DNA from: Puccinia triticina
Lineage: Eukaryota
Reading direction: 5' to 3'
NCBI GenBank assembly: GCA_026914245.1
Contig: CP110440.1
Location: 434,001 to 498,000 of the forward strand
Length of the DNA stretch: 64,000 nucleotides
Every line of letters begins with the position of its first letter. Position 1 is the stretch's first letter. Both the position numbers and the translations under genes were made by a program. Shown piece after piece: positions 49,724-62,298 of this stretch. Below the pieces are notes generated by a model, which was not told the origin of the DNA, did no database searches, and saw only the letters and a program-made list of their open reading frames with translations.

Positions 49724-50444
49724 AAGTTGATACCGGTGCAAATTCCCCTTTCATGTGCACATACCCCTTTCATGTGCACATGTTCCTTTTTGATGCATTC
49801 ACCCCTTTCATAATGTGTACATACCCCTTTATGTGCACATACCCCTTTCATGTGTTTGTGTCCCTTTCATGTGTCTGTATCCCTTTCATGTGCATGTATC
49901 CCTTTCACAATGTGTACATACCCTTTTCATCATGGATTCATGACCCTTTGATGTTTACATGACCCCTTTGATTTTTTTACATCCCTTTCAATACCCCTTT
50001 CATCATTCAGGTGATGTTTACATATCCCTTTCATGTGCAAAGACCCCTTACTGCACATACCCCTTTAATCAATTGTGTCTTTTATGTGTTAATACACCTT
50101 ATCACATTCACCTTTCATGTGTACATATTCCTTTCATATGTAGATATCCCTTTCATGTGTACATACCCCTGTTATGCTATTCTGGCTGGGTTCAATGGCA
50201 GATGGAGTGTTTACTAAAAGCAAATAAAAGGTTGCTCAGGGGTATGCTCATTTGCAAGGTTGAACATTTGCCTCAGCCTACTGCATGAGGACTACAGCAT
50301 GTTCAGCATTGAGATGCTGAACAAGGTACACACTCAAGGTGCACCAGCATGGAATTTGGGTGCTTGACTCCAGCTTGAGCTGAGGCTTGATTCAAGCTTG
50401 CTGCATCTCAACTGCAAGCAGTTTCTAGAGGTTTTCTTGCAGTG
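49724..50444 (-). mobile_element. Truncated inverted copy of the CACTG minisatellite element
   Basis: Reverse complement of about 15276-16110. Intact terminus ttttcttgcagtg at 50444; the other end is replaced by the Harbinger-like element. Confidence 0.9.
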
Positions 50445-51271
50445 TACTGTACTTATGCGGCTAGGCTAAACCACAATAGGGAACTGGGGCTTAGCTTTGG
50501 GAAATAGGAATTTCTAGCTAGATCCAATGGGGTGCAGAGCATTTTTAGCCCCACACACTACCTTGAGTTTTGCCAAGGGCTAACAGCTTATCATCCCGAC
50601 TTTCACCAGACTGTGAAATTTTCACCAATATCAACAAGATATACAATTTACCTTCTCATAATTTGTTTAGCATACAGCAGCAACCACACGTAGTGCTGTA
50701 AGGCTTAGAACTTAACAAGCAACACACCACAACATAAATCCAGAATTGGAGCTATAGCCAAAAAAAATAGTAAAAGAAGAATTTAAGAGCCCCTTTTGAA
50801 CCCAAATATTTGAGCCATGACTTAAGCAACTTTTTTTTCCACTACAAATATTTCTTATTCTTGATTTATCTTGTGTAGGAGAGTGAGCCAACTAAGTTCC
50901 ATGAGAGTAGAAATTTCCAGCTGTCATTCAGATTCTAGATCTAAGGTCATACATACTAATTCCAACTCTGAATTTTAACTCAATGAGACCCCTCCAAAGC
51001 AGCAGGGCTTCATAAGTGAGCATACACTTTTGCAGTCAAGATGGTTTGAAATGTGTCTCACATTTTAAGTCTTGAAATTTGAAGCCAGTTCAGGATACAT
51101 TCCAGAAAGATATTAAAAAAATTGAGGACACAGCTTTTCATTCTGTATAGCCTTCTTGAGACTAGAAGCAGACCAGTAGTAAATGAGCTGATCAATCGAT
51201 GCCACCCGCACTGCAGAGACAATCGGGAGCCTTCAAGTCATTGGCCTAACACATTTCGACCCTGTTGGGAA

Positions 51272-52385
51272 TCATAACGCCGATAAGTCCTTGTGAACTA
51301 GCATTTGAAAATTTTTAGTCGTCTTTGGCTTGCAGACTGTATAAATTAAATAGAAGAAATATAGAATTTTGGAAACTTGTCAGATTAATTTCTAGTGTTG
51401 CTGCCAGAAAAAGTTGCGATGTAGAAGTTGGAAAGTGTATACAAATCTCACCTTCATCAAAAAATAGCGCAACGTTGGTCCCATCTTGGATCTTGCAAGG
51501 CAGCGGGTTTCCAGGTACCAGTACGTGTGGCTCCGGAGCTAAACCGACAAACCACAATCTTCATAAAAGTGCAGTGCTGAGTCAAAATCAACAAAATGTT
51601 TAAATTATCAAGAACATTTAAATTATTTCTCATACACATACCTTCCATCCGAGTCCCGACCGAGTTCTACTGGCCGCCATGATTGGGCATAGATCACGTC
51701 TTTCTCTGTGGCCCCGTTCCCCGAGGAAAAGCTGACCCATTGGACCGCGTCGCGCCGGCCACATAAGACCTGAAAAGAGAGTCGTCCGATATACGTCTGT
51801 GGTTTCTCAATCATTACAGATATATCATTGAAGGAATTCTAGAGATACCTCATATGTATTGGGATCTTCGTATTCCCTGTGACCGAAATCAATTACGTAT
51901 TTCGCCAAGTTCCTTGAAGCTGTCACACAAGTGAAGTCGCCTTCGGACCCTGCTCTGGCTATCATGTACGAGCCAGGAGCAGTACAGCCAGTTTCACCCA
52001 AGAATAATGCCTTATCGTCAACAAAGGATATCGCATCATGGGGGATGGGGCCTTGGTGATTGACTGGCTTCCAGTGAACAAGTGGTGTTTGTTCTTCAGT
52101 CTGACTTCCAGGGGCAAAAAAATAAATAAACAAGAATCAATATAACTGGAAAACGTAAGGAATACACCCCCGTTATCAGTATCCTTAAAACGAAAATTCT
52201 AACGCTGGTGAAGTGTGTAAAACCCTTTGGTTGTTGTGAGCATAGACATTCTGCCGCCATTCTTCAACGCTAAGTGGTCCAATCAAAGTTATTTTTAGCT
52301 TTTTTTCCCGCTGCATGAGCTGATTGATATAACATTTGTTTGATTTGTAATGATGGCCAGATTGAACTTACCTTGGATAGACCAT
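51272..52385 (-). CDS. DM9/DUF3421-like repeat protein, multi-exon
   Basis: Manual splicing gives MVYP|VEEWRQNVY...|TEEQTPLVHWKPV...IPHDAI...YMIARA...TYE|VLCGRRDAVQWV...RPVELGRDSDGR|FVG...PCKIQ...E|VCKPKTTKNFQMLVHKDLSAL*. The YEVL, WV and PVExGRxxDG motifs are DM9-like. Confidence 0.7.
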
Positions 52386-53781
52386 TTTGTGGGTGAAAGT
52401 TTAAGGTGATAGACAAACAAAGTGAAGGAAATAGGGATCCGCATTTTTTGGGCCAGAGTGATTGCTGAGAAGATAATGGTCCCAAAGCCGGCCAGACCGG
52501 ATTAGGCAATGCACAGCGTCTACTAGCTGAAGTATATAGAGGCCCCCTAAACGCCCGCAAAGATTTGCGAGTCGACTATTCCGGAGCTTGTGCCGGCACG
52601 GTCGGCCTGCTATCGCGCCAGATTTACAAAAACGTGCTAGGGTCGGGCGTGTATAGCAGCGCGTCAAAGTTCACAAGCTCGCCCCTGGAAATAGGGCAAT
52701 TGCTTTATCGGAGCTAGGTAGCTTATCAAATCACGCTACGGATTGCTTGATTCAACTGGTTAGATGTAAACAACTAAATAGTTCAATCATATTTTGAATA
52801 CCAACTTCTTCTGCCAAGGGAGCTTATTTCCAGTATCAAAACCTCTCGGACGGAGAGGGGACTCGTGCGGAGCGCACTCGGTAGAAGCCGCGCGTCCCTA
52901 CGGGAGGGGCGGCTTCAACGCCACCAGAGCTACATACACAACGGAAGCAACCTTGCACCAGGGGGAACTGGCTAAGTTGGACTGCGGAGGGTGGCCTGCA
53001 ATTCCAGAGGTGAGTGCGGACATATTGGAGATCTTCATCAATAGAAACCAGTTTTGCTACCCTAACTTCTACTTTCAAGGCTTTCATCATTGTCTCATTG
53101 GCACAAACATGAAAGCAGCAGGATGTTGAAAAAGCTGGGTCAAAATGAATAAATCGTTGGAGAGAACCCAACGGCAAATTGATCCTGCGGGGACAATCAG
53201 GATGTGGTTAGTACTAGAGGAGCTAAGTTCCAGCAGGATTGTTTTCCACTCTAACTCTTGGGTGGAGGGGCTTTTTGCCTTTTGATATGAAAGACCCATA
53301 CATCCAGGCTGAATTAGAGGAACGGAAAAGCTGGTTGCTTGGAGAATATGAGGTCCTAAGGAGGGCTGTAATTCCTTTAACCAACAACGTGTTTTACGTA
53401 ACTTAAGAAAACCTTTTAGAGTAGCTTGATACATCTTTGTGCACAAACAAGGCTGGTTTTTACCGAAGCCACCAAGACCCGACATCCTCAGTCTGCATCA
53501 CCCGCGTACATAGAAAACATAACTATTTGGATGTCTTTGCTAAAAAAAAAAAGGAGCTATGGAGCTGAGGCCTTTCAACTCTGACCGGTCACATCGAGTT
53601 GTTACATACCTGTTCATCAAGCCATCTTCTTTGTGATAATATGTTTCTACACGATAAATACACGTAAAAAGGACGACGGAATGATGATTCACTGCAAATG
53701 TATGTGTGTTTGATATGATAATGGTCGGCCGAGGCCACGGCTTTCACTCTAAACTTGAGTTTTTGTTTGCAGCACATCGCT

Positions 53782-56610
53782 TCATGAACGGGAATTAGCG
53801 ATCCCGACTCTCTGTTTCTCGGCAATGAAGTCCCCAGGACGGGAGAGGGGAGCGTTCTGGTTAGGCCTGTTGTTCCAACTCTTCTCGATGACGCCCATCA
53901 AGGCCAACGTTTTCTCCTCCTCCCACATCCCGCACACGAGCTGGATGCCGACCGGTAAGCCTTCGCTCTCCTCGATCGTCGGCAGGAGCTTCGTCACTTG
54001 GGCCATCGCAGCTGGCCGGCGCGAGACCCGCGTCACCGTTTCCGTGGCTCGCTGGGATTGGTCCTTCTGCACGTTCACCCGTGTGATAGGAAGTTGGCCT
54101 ACTGTCGAGTCTACCAAATTCCAAATCAGAGTAGATTCCGCCATGAAAGATTTGTTCCACTGGATGAGTACACAAGGAAGTTGATCCAGTATGGTTGGTG
54201 AGTCTCGCTGCGCAAATGCATGAAGGGGTGAACCACGCATCACTGAAAATATATAGCTTACCGAGGAACCCATCGGGATAGCAGGAACAGCCTGAGTGGG
54301 GCAAATCAGTCCGTCCAATTCCAATTCTTCCCATAGCTGGAGCCCAAAGCACCGTAGATCAGTCAAATAACCAGAGCTTCTTGTGGTGAAGAGCAAGATA
54401 AATGCAGCAAGATTGATCTTACATAACTCCGGACTTTGAGGCAATAGGCGTCTCTCCGAACCCTCCACTGCTGGAGCTCCCCGGTGCTTTTGGCGCGACT
54501 GGCTTCGACCAACCTGGCCATCATCTCATTCCGTACGAAATACTTCAGCACGCCACAGAGCGTCCACCGGAGCCAGCTCGGTAACTTGCACCCGATCGTT
54601 GTTAGAAACATCGACCAGTCTCTTGGGAAAAGGCGGGGTTTCAGCCGATTATATACCAAGTTTATGACCGGGAAGTGGGCCCGCTAAGCTTACATGTGGT
54701 CGCTGCCCACATGTGAGAGCATCGTCTGGTATCCATCCGCACTCGACAGTGCGACATAAATGACTAATCCTTCCAGAACTAGGTTTTGATAGCAAATGTT
54801 AGAATTTTTTTTGAAAGATACTGTTTGGAAGTTTGGAGTTCTTTCTGGAGTTTTTTTTGTTTTGTTCTCAAGCTCATATTCCACTTACTGTCTAAACGAG
54901 TGACATCTATTTCCACGCAATCATACCCAGTCAGCTTCAAGACCTCAACGGTCTCAATGACGGCTCTCTGACAAGGACTGCTTGTCTCGATCAAGTTATC
55001 TTCACCACCAAATCAGGAAAACGAAGCAATTGGATGCGTCAGTCCGCAGAGCGCCCGGTTAGGTGGGTGGACTGAAGTGAGGTACACACTGGATGTGAAG
55101 AAGCCAAACTTGAGCGAAGGCGGAGTGTTTTCAGCAACCAACGGATCGAAGATCTCGTATCGGAAGTCGTCGGGAGGAATCAATCCGAATTTGCGGGCCG
55201 TCGTAGGATCTGGTCTGTGGAGCATGACCTGGCTCAGCAGAACGAGGTCTTCCCAGCATCGAGCCCTTGGAGGCAAACAGGATGTTCTCGTCAAAATTAT
55301 GACAGCGTTTTTTGAATGGTGAAATGTGGAGTGGCAATGAATAGGGCCACTAGTAGACCCACATTGGCCCGAGCACCCCTGCGATTTCTGCGTATCCGTC
55401 GTTGGCTCTTCTTGTCCCGTGTTGAGGGATCCGCCCGCTACACTAGACAGCCAAAGTCCCGGATGAAAATGGAGCCTCTTTGTGAACCATCAGCCTTCCG
55501 AGCCGAAATTTCCGATGTCCACTCACCGGCTTGAGACTGTAGCACCCACAGTAGTGAGCGGGGATCCGCAGACTTCCGCCTATGTCGGAGCTGAGAGGGT
55601 GGATTGGCCAGGCGCAGGTCTCTGGAACGAAAGCAGCGTGCTTACCCGATACCCAAGCAGCTTCCGTCACTCGCAAGCAAGGCCGCTTCGCCACCCGAGC
55701 TACCTCCGCAGGTGAAGCCCCGCTTGTAAGGGTTGTGTGTCGCTCCGAATATCGGGTTGGAGCATTCGAATGAAAATAGTCTATGTGAGTCTGCCCGTCA
55801 GCTGTGAAGCTCAATGATGGCACGCATTGGAGCGGAAGAGGGGCGATGGAAGGGAGGAGAGATGCGTACGACTGGGGGACATTCGTCTTGGTAAAGGGGA
55901 TGGCTCCTTCCTCGATCAGCCGATCGACCACGGGGGCGTTCTCCCCGGCGGGCTGATTTACGAATCTGTCGAGTGTGATATACATCGTCAATATTTCGGC
56001 TCAGGGTGGAAGTATGTGTGTATATATATTATATGGTTGCTGGGCTTGCTAATTTGGGCACACACTTCGTAAACCCAATTGTTGAGTCAAACCCTTCGAC
56101 ATTGATCTGGTCCTTCAAGCTCACGGGTATGCCATGTAGTCTTCCTCTCAGCCGTCCGGTGGCTGCAAACTCCTTATCCAGTTGATCTGCCCGTTCCAGC
56201 GCATCTTCGAACATGATTTCTGTCTTGAAGATGTAAAAGTCGACAACATGTCAACCCATGCCCATCTTTTTGTTTCAATGTTACACACGAAGGATCAAAT
56301 GAGCCCTCACGAGACAGTTAGTTTCGACATGAGCGTGAATAGCAGCCTTGATGAACGCCTTGAGGACGTTCTTGGCGTTCCAATTCAGCCGGCGACTGCC
56401 GATGCGAGCGACGATCTCATGGGCCGGCGTGCTGAGGATGGTCAGCTCGAAGGCGTTGAGGTTGTTTGAGAACTCGTTGGGGTCGTTGAGGATGCCGACG
56501 AGCCGGTTGAGTCGCTCCCGCCTCTTGAGAATCGCCGCATTGTCCCATAGTGATCGGGGGTCGAAGGAGACCGGGAAGAACTTGAGCAGGTGGAGGAGCA
56601 GTGCGATCAT
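53782..56610 (-). CDS. Amidase-signature family enzyme, paralog B (appears intact)
   Basis: [37 protein letters not shown] and GLPVGIQ. The splice sites checked are canonical. Confidence 0.93.
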
Positions 56611-56880
56611 GGCGCGACCTGGCTGGGATGTTTCCTGGGGTGCACGCTTCCATCAGTACATCGCCCGTCCACGGTTAGGAAGTACATACACACATACACT
56701 GACCGAGTCGCAAGCTGCAAGTCGGTGTCTCTTGGCGGCGTTCAGGGTTTTAAATTTGCACGGGTGAGGTCATCGGGGCGAGTCCCCGCTGCCCGGAGGA
56801 TCCCCGAGCCCTCCCCCGGCTGGCAGGCTGCAGCTCTTCGTCTTGGCAGACTCGAGTGGGGGAGTTCCCCATCTTTGGCG

Positions 56881-57683
56881 ATGTCATACACCAATGCAGC
56901 AGGGACGACGGGCGTGCCGTTCGGGGCCCAGAACGCGCTCCTGACGGCCTCGGTTCGTGAGCGGACGACGGACACGATCAAGCCGTTCGAGGAGACGCTG
57001 GTGCGGACCCTCCAGCGGGAGACCCGGGCCTTCGGCGACCAGCTCACCCAGGCCGCCGAGCACTTCAGGAAACAGCAGGAGGCGCTCGACGAGGAGGACA
57101 TCGAGATGGATCCGGGCACGATCTGTGCGCTCAAGATGTGTGAGTGTCGATCGCCTCCCCCCGGCTGCTTAACAGACCCTGAAACAAGAAGAAAGTATTT
57201 TTGTATATAGCTGCTTCGACCGCCCGGCACAACAAGCGAATCTTGCTGGCATATGCGATGCAGCGGCGGAATGCGATCCTGGACTGCTACTGGGCCTGTT
57301 CGGCCTCGGTGCCCAACACGCTCGTGGCCCCGTCGACGAACGTGAGCGCAGACAAGAGCGAGGGGGGTTCGGAGCGGGCGGGCGAGCCGATCTCGAAGGT
57401 GCTCACGCCGGTCGAGCTCGAGTATCTGCGGGCCCACTCGACGCTCGTCCACGACCTGGCCAAGCCCTACCAGGCCTACACCGTCAATCTGCTCGGCAAC
57501 CTCGCGCGGGGCCCGGCCCGGGGCCTGTTCATCCAGGTCGAATGCATGCGCGAGTTGGGCGAGGTGGCTGTTGGGGATGGGGGCGGGATGATCAAGTTCG
57601 AAGTGGGCAGTCGCTACTTTGTCAAACGGAGCGAAGTCGATCAGCTCATCGAAGGCGGCTGGCTCATGGAAATCCCCCGATAA
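56881..57683 (+). CDS. PSF1: GINS complex subunit Psf1 (intron about 57139-57210)
   Basis: RHNKRILLAY, LTPVELEY, and a B-domain LFIQVECMRELGEV...GSRYFVKRSEVDQLIEGGWL. Confidence 0.9.
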
Positions 57684-58199
57684 GGATTACATGTATTCTG
57701 CCACCAACTGCCCCAGATTTTGACCTTCTAGCCGGCATAGTTCAAATTATCAAACGGAGGCTTTATGCATTCCCATCAGTATTGGTCCTGAGTGTTGTGA
57801 TGTAACGATAAGCCGAAGCGGGGATTCTTGCGGCAGTCCGGGGCTCCCCCGGGGGAGCAGGCTCCATCCTGGATTCCTGAGCACTGATCAAGGGCAGTTG
57901 TTTTTCTGAGCCGAGTGCCGAGGGCAAGGATGTTTCCGATGCTGGGCCCACGCCGGGAGGGCCGCAGGAAGAAAACAGTCAGACTAGTCGAGCCAGCACC
58001 CGCCAGCAGCAGCGGAGCATCACACAAGGCAATCCACCAACCCAGCCCACCCCCAACACCACCCCCCAAACCACCACCACCACCACCAGCATCCCAGACA
58101 CTCATCGTCATCTCATTCATCACCCGGCTGCCTCTCAAGAAGAACAACGGACAAGGGTCCGTCCCCCCAACAAAAACTGAGGCCATCCACACCCTGACC

Positions 58200-61100
58200 A
58201 TGCCCTTGAATCCCAGCAGAGCCGAAATCTTGTTCTACAAACCCAAGACCACCCTCAACCCTTCCGAGTCCCACCACTGCGCATTCAAATGGTCAGCGCA
58301 CATCCGAAAACACCTCTGGCTTCATCCTCACCCACACCTTTTATACTTTTGGCAGTGTTCCGAAGCATCCGCAGGGACCAGGATCGAAGTGGACGTTTCT
58401 GTTTATCGATGGCGGGCCGGCCGAAGAGCTCACGAGCGACCAGCTGTCCATGCGCTCCATCAAGCGCCACCTCTCCCCCCCAGACGACCGACTCGTCAAG
58501 GTCCGGACCAGCAAGCCGCTCAGATGGGACACCGACACCCTGCTCGTCTCGGTGCTCTACCGGCTCAAAGAGATCGACCGCAAGAAGGACGAGGAGTGGA
58601 TTAAGATGGATGTCGAGTCCCACTACTGGTCCAAGATCTAGTCAGCCAACCCCACATATACCCTCCCTCACAGTCTCTTATCATTAATCCTGATCAATCA
58701 ATCAATCAATCACATTTCACAGTGGATTCCATTCGGCCATCGAAAAGTCAGTCCTTGTTCAACCAGCACACTCCCCCAACAGATCACGTATTGATCGGCC
58801 TTGATTCCAGTCACCTCGTCTCGACCGCCCTGGCGTGAGTGCTGCTCATCCACCATTTCCAAATCCGACGCGCAAAGTGACCTCTCTCCCATCTCTAGGG
58901 CCGTGTCTTTTCCAGTGGCCTTCAATGTAGGCTTCGAAGAAATCGCACAACAAGACATCCACACCCGCTCAGACCTCGTCACTCTCAAGTGAGCAAGCCC
59001 CTCTTGGTCGTCAGCCCATCCTATCTCGATCCATCCCAGCTCATCTTTGTCCGCTTTCTCAGAGCTCTCGAGACACTCTATCTTTCAGTCCAAGCGGGCT
59101 ACGCAAGAGACGTCAGTACACTCTCTTTCTCTATCGGCGATCTTCCAGTCTGACCTTGGCAGCGAATCTATACGCGTAGGGGTTCAAATTCTACCCTCAA
59201 ACAGCCGAGCCGCTGAAGAAAGTCGGAAACTCCGATCGGGATTTCAAACGGCGGATATGGGCATATTGGACTGAAGTAGGTGGTTCCGATCATGCTTCCC
59301 CCTTTTTCCTCTCCCCTTTTCTTCTTGTCAAAGTGCACGGAACCAATGTAGGACGTGATCATTGACGAGTCTCAAGTTGGATGAGCGTGAAACAGGTCCT
59401 TTGTTGGCATCTAATCTCCTGCAGACCCACTTTCAAGGTCTCGATCAGCTACGCCTTAAACAAAATCCTGGCCATCCTGAAACCAGAAGTCCGGAACGAC
59501 AAGGTCAATGTGGAAGAAGTAAAGCCATTCTGGATTTCCCAATCTTCTGTCTATCTCTAATCTGATGTTCGTTTCCTTGGGGTGTCTTGTTGTGTAGTTA
59601 GAGAAACGGATGGTAGACGCCATCGGAAACGAGGCCGATCGGTGTCGACAATCCGTCGAAAATATCGTCAAACACGCCGTCTTTGAAATCCTTCACACCC
59701 CCGATCATTTCTCGCTGACCGACTCGGCCACCTCGATCCATCTATTCACCCTGGGCTCATCCAGCGCAACTTATGAGGCGCTATCCCAGCTAGGTATGTC
59801 CGATCTTTCCACTCTTTTTTCATCAATCTGTTGTTCTTCAAGGGAATCGGGGCTAATTGGTTGCGAGGATTCGTGTGGATAGTCAAGCATTTCATGACCC
59901 AATCCCGATGGAAGCTAGGCTTGGCCAACGAGGGAGCGATCGAAGGGCTGCAGATCACGATCGCCGAAAACCGGCCCCTACACGAGGGTGTCATCCTGGC
60001 GAACAAGCTGAGCGAGCTCATCAACGTCTACCAGGCCCCCCGTTCGGCCCCCAAAAAAGAAGATACACTCAAACATGCCCCGTCACTCTTCGCCCTCGAC
60101 ACTCTCCTCGACTCCAAGGAATGGTACCTCGACGCCAATCATCAGAAGGTCTTGGAATCCTTCGAGGACCGCCACTGTCCTTCACTTGCTGGCTTGTTTG
60201 CTCATAAGCCTGCCCCCGGCCAAGACGGAGACGACAGGGGCAACCTGGCCGACCTCCTCGAACGGTCAGTTTTCTTTCTTTAGATCTCGCGCGGAAACTC
60301 TCATCCCAATCTAATCCTCTGCGCTTTATTTCTATTTTGTTTTCGTAGTGTTGATGTTTCTAACCGTCAATTCGGAATTCATGATCCCGATCCTGGAAAT
60401 CTTAAGGTCACCGTCGAACTCACAACCGATGTCGGTCTCAGAACCTGTCTCTTGAACGCCGGTCCGGCTGGTGTTCTACTGCTTGCAGCCGATCGAGTGT
60501 CAGTTCCTTGACGTGTTTTTCTCCCCTTGGCAAGAAACTTGGTGTTGATTGCCATTTTCAAATCTGGGTCTTTGTTGTTGGTGGTGTAGATTGCCTAATG
60601 GGGATGCGTTATGCAAGCTGGGATCCGCCTCGGTAGGTACACCTACCATGTCGATAACAAGAATGTTGAATTATAGTCTGACTTGAGAAGAAAAAAAAAA
60701 CTGTTGGTGAATGAAAGGCAGCCTACACGGCCCACAAGCTAAGACAAGCAGTGATAATCCTCGTCCGCCACGACCGCTTCCACCCCTCGCACGACCCGCA
60801 TCCACCTCAGCCCTCCACACCACAGCCGTCTTCGGCGAGTACGAGTGATCAAGTGCTGGTCTCAGGGCTGGTCCAGAGCTGGAAAACGATCTTCAAACAC
60901 GAGATCATCGACCATCTCTCCCGGAAAGTCCTCGTCGCCGGCTCCTCCCTCTCGGCCATGTCTTCTCCCACCATCTCTGCAACCGACCATACCCATCCCC
61001 TCGCGGCGTTCGAGGTCGTCAAGGCCGAGTGGATCTCCTGCTTTATCTCCGATTCAGGTATGCCCCCCCCCTTTTTTCTCCTACTCTATCCCCTCATCCC

Positions 61101-61267
61101 GTGACCACCCCCTCCCCCGGGGAGTATGAAGACTGAATCCTTGGGGCTTTTGATCGGTGATGGGCTTTGTAGGTAAGATGGGAATCGAGAGGGTGAAAGA
61201 AGTCGCGGATACCCTGTCCTCTCTCCACCATTTACTCTGGGAAGAGAACGACCATAACCAGCCCTGA
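58200..61267 (+). CDS. eIF2B/IF-2B (NagB/RpiA-like) family protein with an unrecognised N-terminal region, many exons
   Basis: LFTLGSSSA, IAENRPLHEG, LLLAADR|..PNGDALCKLGSAS, FEVVKAEWISCFISDS|G. Linkage of the 5' exons comes from manual splicing. Confidence 0.72.
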
Positions 61268-61434
61268 TTTCTCTCCCCCTCCCTCCCCCCTCCTATGATG
61301 TATTTGTCCGCCATAATTGTCGTCCTTATCATCATCGTCATCTGTATGTATGTTTGTATTGCAGCCCTAATCGTAAACAGGGCCCTCGTTAGGTGTTTCT
61401 CCGAAGTTATGCTCCCTCCCTTCACAGCCGGGGG

Positions 61435-62025
61435 GGCAGGCCGAACTTAACCCAAGTCCCGGGGCGCGAGCACCCTCCCGCTTGCGGGAGGGACTTTGTC
61501 CAACATTTGGCTTGAGGCTGCCCAGCCAAATGTTGAAAAATGCCTTCTAACCCACATATTACCACATACCCCTCTGATTTCTTCATAGCCTCTGGTACCA
61601 TTAGAATCATCTTTCATTTCTACATACTTTCATCTATTCAAACACCTGCCACCATCCCCTGAAAAATAAATTAATGTAAAAATTCCATCTGAGAGCCTTA
61701 TCTGGCCTGATGTAAGCCGGACAGCCAGTCCAGCCTAAAAGCATGAAAATGAGGTTAGACATCATCATATGTTGAAGCCCTGTGGGACTCCAGCCTGTGC
61801 ACTTGAGAGACCTGCCATTCTCAAGTTAATACTGAACAAGCCTGTGAGAGTGTGTCCACCCTTGACCTTTGGATGATCTGATGGCTTCACCTGATTGCTC
61901 TCCCTAAATCCCTCCTCAAGAACCCCCCAGAGAGGCAATCACCCGGGGTCCTGAGGTCCAGAGTGGTGGGGTTTTTTGGATATCTGGGACCAGGGGAGTG
62001 CCCTTGGCACTTGCATGCAAGTGCC
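61435..62025 (+). repeat. Second copy of the 35.7-kb dispersed repeat, followed by a perfect 20-bp palindrome
   Basis: Homology to 35660-36150. ggcacttgcatgcaagtgcc at 62006-62025. Confidence 0.75.
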
Positions 62026-62298
62026 ATCTCTGACCTCAGTCATAGATTTGGTTGGATCTCAGTTATATGCGGGTTGAAAGGCAGTTTCATGTCTGCCACA
62101 AAGTAAGTTTATATTAACTGGAATCATACCAAATGTGTTGTGCAATGTCTGCCTACAATGGATGGCATACCTGTGCTGAAAACCAGGCCAATTTATTGAT
62201 CAGGTTTACTTGATCCTCAAGCTGGACCAAAGTTCCTCGTATTTTGTGACTCCCCTTGATGACAGGTGCGTGCTGGTTGTTGGGAGAGCACCCTCAAT

